Source: a virus (taxonomy: Duplodnaviria > Caudoviricetes). Taken from it: 64,000 nucleotides of DNA. Both the position numbers and the translations under genes were made by a program. Positions within the stretch are counted from its first letter, which is position 1. The number at the start of each line of letters is the position of its first letter. Below the pieces are notes generated by a model. That model searched no databases. It was given only the letters and a program-made list of their open reading frames with translations, and was not told the origin of the DNA. Location of the stretch: positions 243-64,242 of the IMG/VR virus record IMGVR_UViG_3300046779_000589; one strand, 5' to 3'. This document shows positions 62,201 to 64,000 of the stretch, one piece after another.

Positions 62201-63376
62201 TGTTTCTTCCGTCCGCACGCGGGGGCGTGCGCCCGCCATCTCGTCGGCCATCTCAGCCTGCCACGCATCGCGGGCGGCTCGTTCTTCTTCGGTCAGATCG
62301 CCGGGAGCAGGGCGCGGGGCGGTAGGAGCAGTGGGGGCCGCAGCGGTAGGAGCAGTGGGGGGCGCAGCGGTAGGAGCAGTGGGGGCAGCGGCTGCGGGCG
62401 GCGGTGCGGTAGTGTCCTTGGGTTTGTTTTTGCTGGTGTCCGCTTCACCTTCGATGCCGATACCAAGCGCAGCCGTGCCACCACGGACAGGCGCACCGAT
62501 GACACCACCCGCAATACCCGCGTTGATGTACTCCTTGATCGCTTCGTCGTTGTCGAGCGGCAGACCAGCCTGCCAGCGTTCCAGCATCTGCTGGCCAACT
62601 TCCGTCAACCCTTCGGTGGTCGCACCTTCGGCGGCACCCGCAACCGTGCGAGTGAACACCTTCATGCCCGGCTTGACCAGACCCGACAGCAGCAGCTTGT
62701 CCGAGACAGACTCCAGCACCGACTGACCGACCGTGGCAGCAAGTGCCGACCCGACATCAACCTTTTCCCGACGCCCTGCCGCAACTTCGGCTTCTTGGCG
62801 CTGGATGTTCCCACCAAAGATCGTGGGAGCGGCGACCATAGCACCCGTGCCGATACCAATCGCGCCGCCCGTCAGCGGGTTGCCCGTGGCCGCAGTGCCG
62901 ACCAGCGTACCGCCAAGCGTAGCGCCGAGGGACGCGAGGCTTTCCGGTCCGGTCTGGCCCGCCTGCTCTCCGGCGAAAGTCAGAAACGAGCCGAGACTGT
63001 CAACGTCTTCCCACTGGGTTTGTTCGGGCTGACGCAGGGATTCCATGAAGGCTTCTTGGTCGCCCGCTGCCCGCATGGACTGGCCAAGACCGCGCAGAGA
63101 GTCGATACCCAGACCACTACCGAGATACTCGGTAGCCGTACCGAGACGCGAGGTGGCCGAAGCCTTTCCCATCTCCCAGCCGCGACCGAGTGCGGTACCA
63201 TCATCTACGGCGAGAGGACGCCCGAAACGTTGCTCGTATTCTTGGGCAAACGCCCCTTCGCGCTCATCAAGGAACTGCCGGATGCGGGCTTGCTCCGTCG
63301 CGGACGGGGTATCGCCTTTGATATTGATCGCATACTGACGACCGCTGAGACGGCCCGGAACAATGATCTTGCCCAT
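59195..63376 (-). CDS. Giant ejection/polyvalent protein, N-terminal part (in frame to ~59282)
   Basis: 1393-aa ORF ending GLFDPSTNEILLDSKTGLN followed by an Arg-rich out-of-frame tail. Confidence 0.8.
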   Translation of the reverse strand: MGKIIVPGRLSGRQYAINIKGDTPSATEQARIRQFLDEREGAFAQEYEQRFGRPLAVDDGTALGRGWEMGKASATSRLGTATEYLGSGLGIDSLRGLGQSMRAAGDQEAFMESLRQPEQTQWEDVDSLGSFLTFAGEQAGQTGPESLASLGATLGGTLVGTAATGNPLTGGAIGIGTGAMVAAPTIFGGNIQRQEAEVAAGRREKVDVGSALAATVGQSVLESVSDKLLLSGLVKPGMKVFTRTVAGAAEGATTEGLTEVGQQMLERWQAGLPLDNDEAIKEYINAGIAGGVIGAPVRGGTAALGIGIEGEADTSKNKPKDTTAPPPAAAAPTAPTAAPPTAPTAAAPTAPTAPRPAPGDLTEEERAARDAWQAEMADEMAGARPRVRTEETPEETPVEEPTLRPKAATQAPTTPAKVKTPQEIMDEVSALDDEDFDLIERDTPVVRPAARAGTKATAATSTQPDTSGWKLHLNPVPGSEKDISDYLTEKGVPHKVGRNSDQSGKGMTIYVGAKDAATELATDLDARFGSVLNDAEGDALNDDVPLAGKVWGRFDIGQKDPEFHQYGKAGVPFLNDDMGQLGFAEDRAAAAEEARKRADAILKARYGNFYTGSAAAEAASLPPGISSSLLAQAKQQVEWSQRASVEHLQDYMEVSAQTAEDLLTALESQGVVSAPDMNGKRRVLEKAPTTPAAAKAAPEVAPKPVAQPAVEKVAQNELPLAPTPEAAPQPVVEEVPEVVDADLPTELEAFEQAAAMVRGPVREEPEAAPVIEEPVSVPAPKAANPQRPAAPKVKEEVVPQAKAMSEAEATQLFNEVATGQRQTVTPEEALGFPDNLLELEPKPELVNYPRNQSGKVLRDWIARNDARRKIGMAKSAAQTAVEGAARRKLPRPKTRTLGQVGSSDPTMTASGLLTPTDARTLQPSGPARLGPETFTLRRRNRRMTGKPTVGWLETLQEREANNPTPNAKAEGLVFATKIKDFFDQRAPESFRKFRSYIQGVGEIAAIKDVTTHTDKGAVYRLLYSRNNTLKNEEAEAAFQFFSRFPNVMEALQEIGAVSVFAAPGQSVETTSVAKNSTTPHEDMIDIKDGKARAKIIGAEQFYAGIKPKDAIKARAWVVANLSPKAQIVMGQAANSTKTEVEAGVKANAVVSAAHDAVVAEVPLHESMAASALEVMTKENEAMRKTLARKAEDALREVKVAAPTKLPFEAKPIPNLSGIKYRKGETRSDAILRHLRETGRINKDSNDTQILDAIDDFEAGERAVRELIYGPTLKLLSHAVDAMAVPLRPSVVAALRAGNLRDALIGIGLTHPNPLIGRIMMKMSEAVGTTKVRIVDDLRAEDGTAVPGLFDPSTNEILLDSKTGLNRWATLRCRTRWLTRRTPRRKLSKPSMTR
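62321..62389. repeat. ~2.9 copies of a 24-bp tandem repeat encoding a Pro/Ala/Thr linker
   Basis: ggtaggagcagtgggggccgcagc-type units at 62321, 62345 and 62369. Confidence 0.9.
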
Positions 63377-63436
63377 ACATCGGCTCCTCTACTCGATGCG
63401 AGTATACGCACCGTGCGTTGTTTGGGCTAGACGCCT

Positions 63437-64000
63437 TTATTGGTCGGCTAGGTCCGCTTCCTCATCATAAGCACCAGCGCCACCATAGGGGACATATCCT
63501 ACCCCGTGAGTGGCATACGCCTGCGCAAGTTGCATGTCGGCAATCTCCAACTCTTGCGCCAAGCGGGTGCGATCTGCAGCCGCCGGGTCAGACGGACCGG
63601 AGAACCAACCGCCTTCGTCCGGTGGAGGAAGTCCCTCAAGTGCTGCGGCAATCGTGGCCCGCTTCGTTTCGAGGTTGTTGATGAGCGTTGCAGGGATAGG
63701 CTTACCGCCACCGCCGCCGCCACCAGCGCGGGCCAGTGCCATCTTCTGGCGATCCATATCCATTTGATACTGCGTGGCCAGCAGGTCCATCTTGGTCTTT
63801 TCGGCTTCGTCACGGCTGCTGCGGTATGCACCGATACCCGTCATGCCCGCTTCGCCCAGCGCACCGCCGAGGGTCGGCTGCTTGGACGACATCAGGGCCA
63901 AGCCCGCCTGCGCCACAGCCATCCACTTGTCTTGGTTGGCCCGCTTGTCGGCACGTGCCAGCGCGTCCGCGATGGCTTGCTCGTAGGAAGTCATCCCACC
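63437..64000 (-). CDS. Ejection protein, C-terminal part; runs off the window end
   Basis: QDKWMAVAQAGLALMSSKQPTLGGALGEAG. The frame is open to base 64000 and is probably the 3' end of the gene starting at 1273. Confidence 0.7.
   Translation of the reverse strand, partial: GGMTSYEQAIADALARADKRANQDKWMAVAQAGLALMSSKQPTLGGALGEAGMTGIGAYRSSRDEAEKTKMDLLATQYQMDMDRQKMALARAGGGGGGGKPIPATLINNLETKRATIAAALEGLPPPDEGGWFSGPSDPAAADRTRLAQELEIADMQLAQAYATHGVGYVPYGGAGAYDEEADLADQ

Noticed and set aside
59195-63376. Virion RNA polymerase (N4-like) using the hairpin cassettes as promoters
   Set aside because: I found no RNA polymerase catalytic motifs in the giant protein, and the cassettes carry a host-type TTGACA.

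Overview
The window is most of one ~62% GC, podovirus-like tailed phage genome. The probable host is an alphaproteobacterium (Rhodobacteraceae-like), inferred from sequence signatures. The two window ends appear to lie in the same ejection-protein gene, so the genome is circularly permuted and a small piece is missing. The minus-strand late arm (28.0 kb down to 1, and 64.0 down to 55.95 kb) runs terS, terL, portal, GroES-like, scaffold, decoration, major capsid, a cluster of tiny basic proteins, two adaptors, fibres, a lysis cassette, tail nozzle and ejection proteins. It includes a ~2,480-aa giant protein split by a frameshift. The plus-strand early/replication arm (28.6-55.9 kb) carries many small ORFs, a DUF3150-like/MoxR-AAA/vWA-metallopeptidase trio, VRR-NUC, Lar, a dNTP pyrophosphohydrolase, dCTP deaminase, PolA (Leu762), a Cas4-like nuclease, an SNF2 helicase, an SSB and a primase-helicase. 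I found no integrase, repressor, RNA polymerase, tRNA or CRISPR array. The main unexplained structure is non-coding. (1) A complete type II hammerhead ribozyme (30946-31028) closes a ~600-nt structured early leader that holds three covarying CCCA-loop hairpins. (2) A GTTAG(T/C)-N5/6-(A/G)CTAAC palindrome occurs 13 times, almost always on gene junctions of the early arm. (3) Two tandem promoter-hairpin-terminator cassettes show compensatory changes. The giant ejection protein also appears to carry an OspF/LanKC-type phosphothreonine-lyase-like domain and an FtsK-gamma-like winged helix. All protein family calls come from motif recognition by eye; no searches were run.
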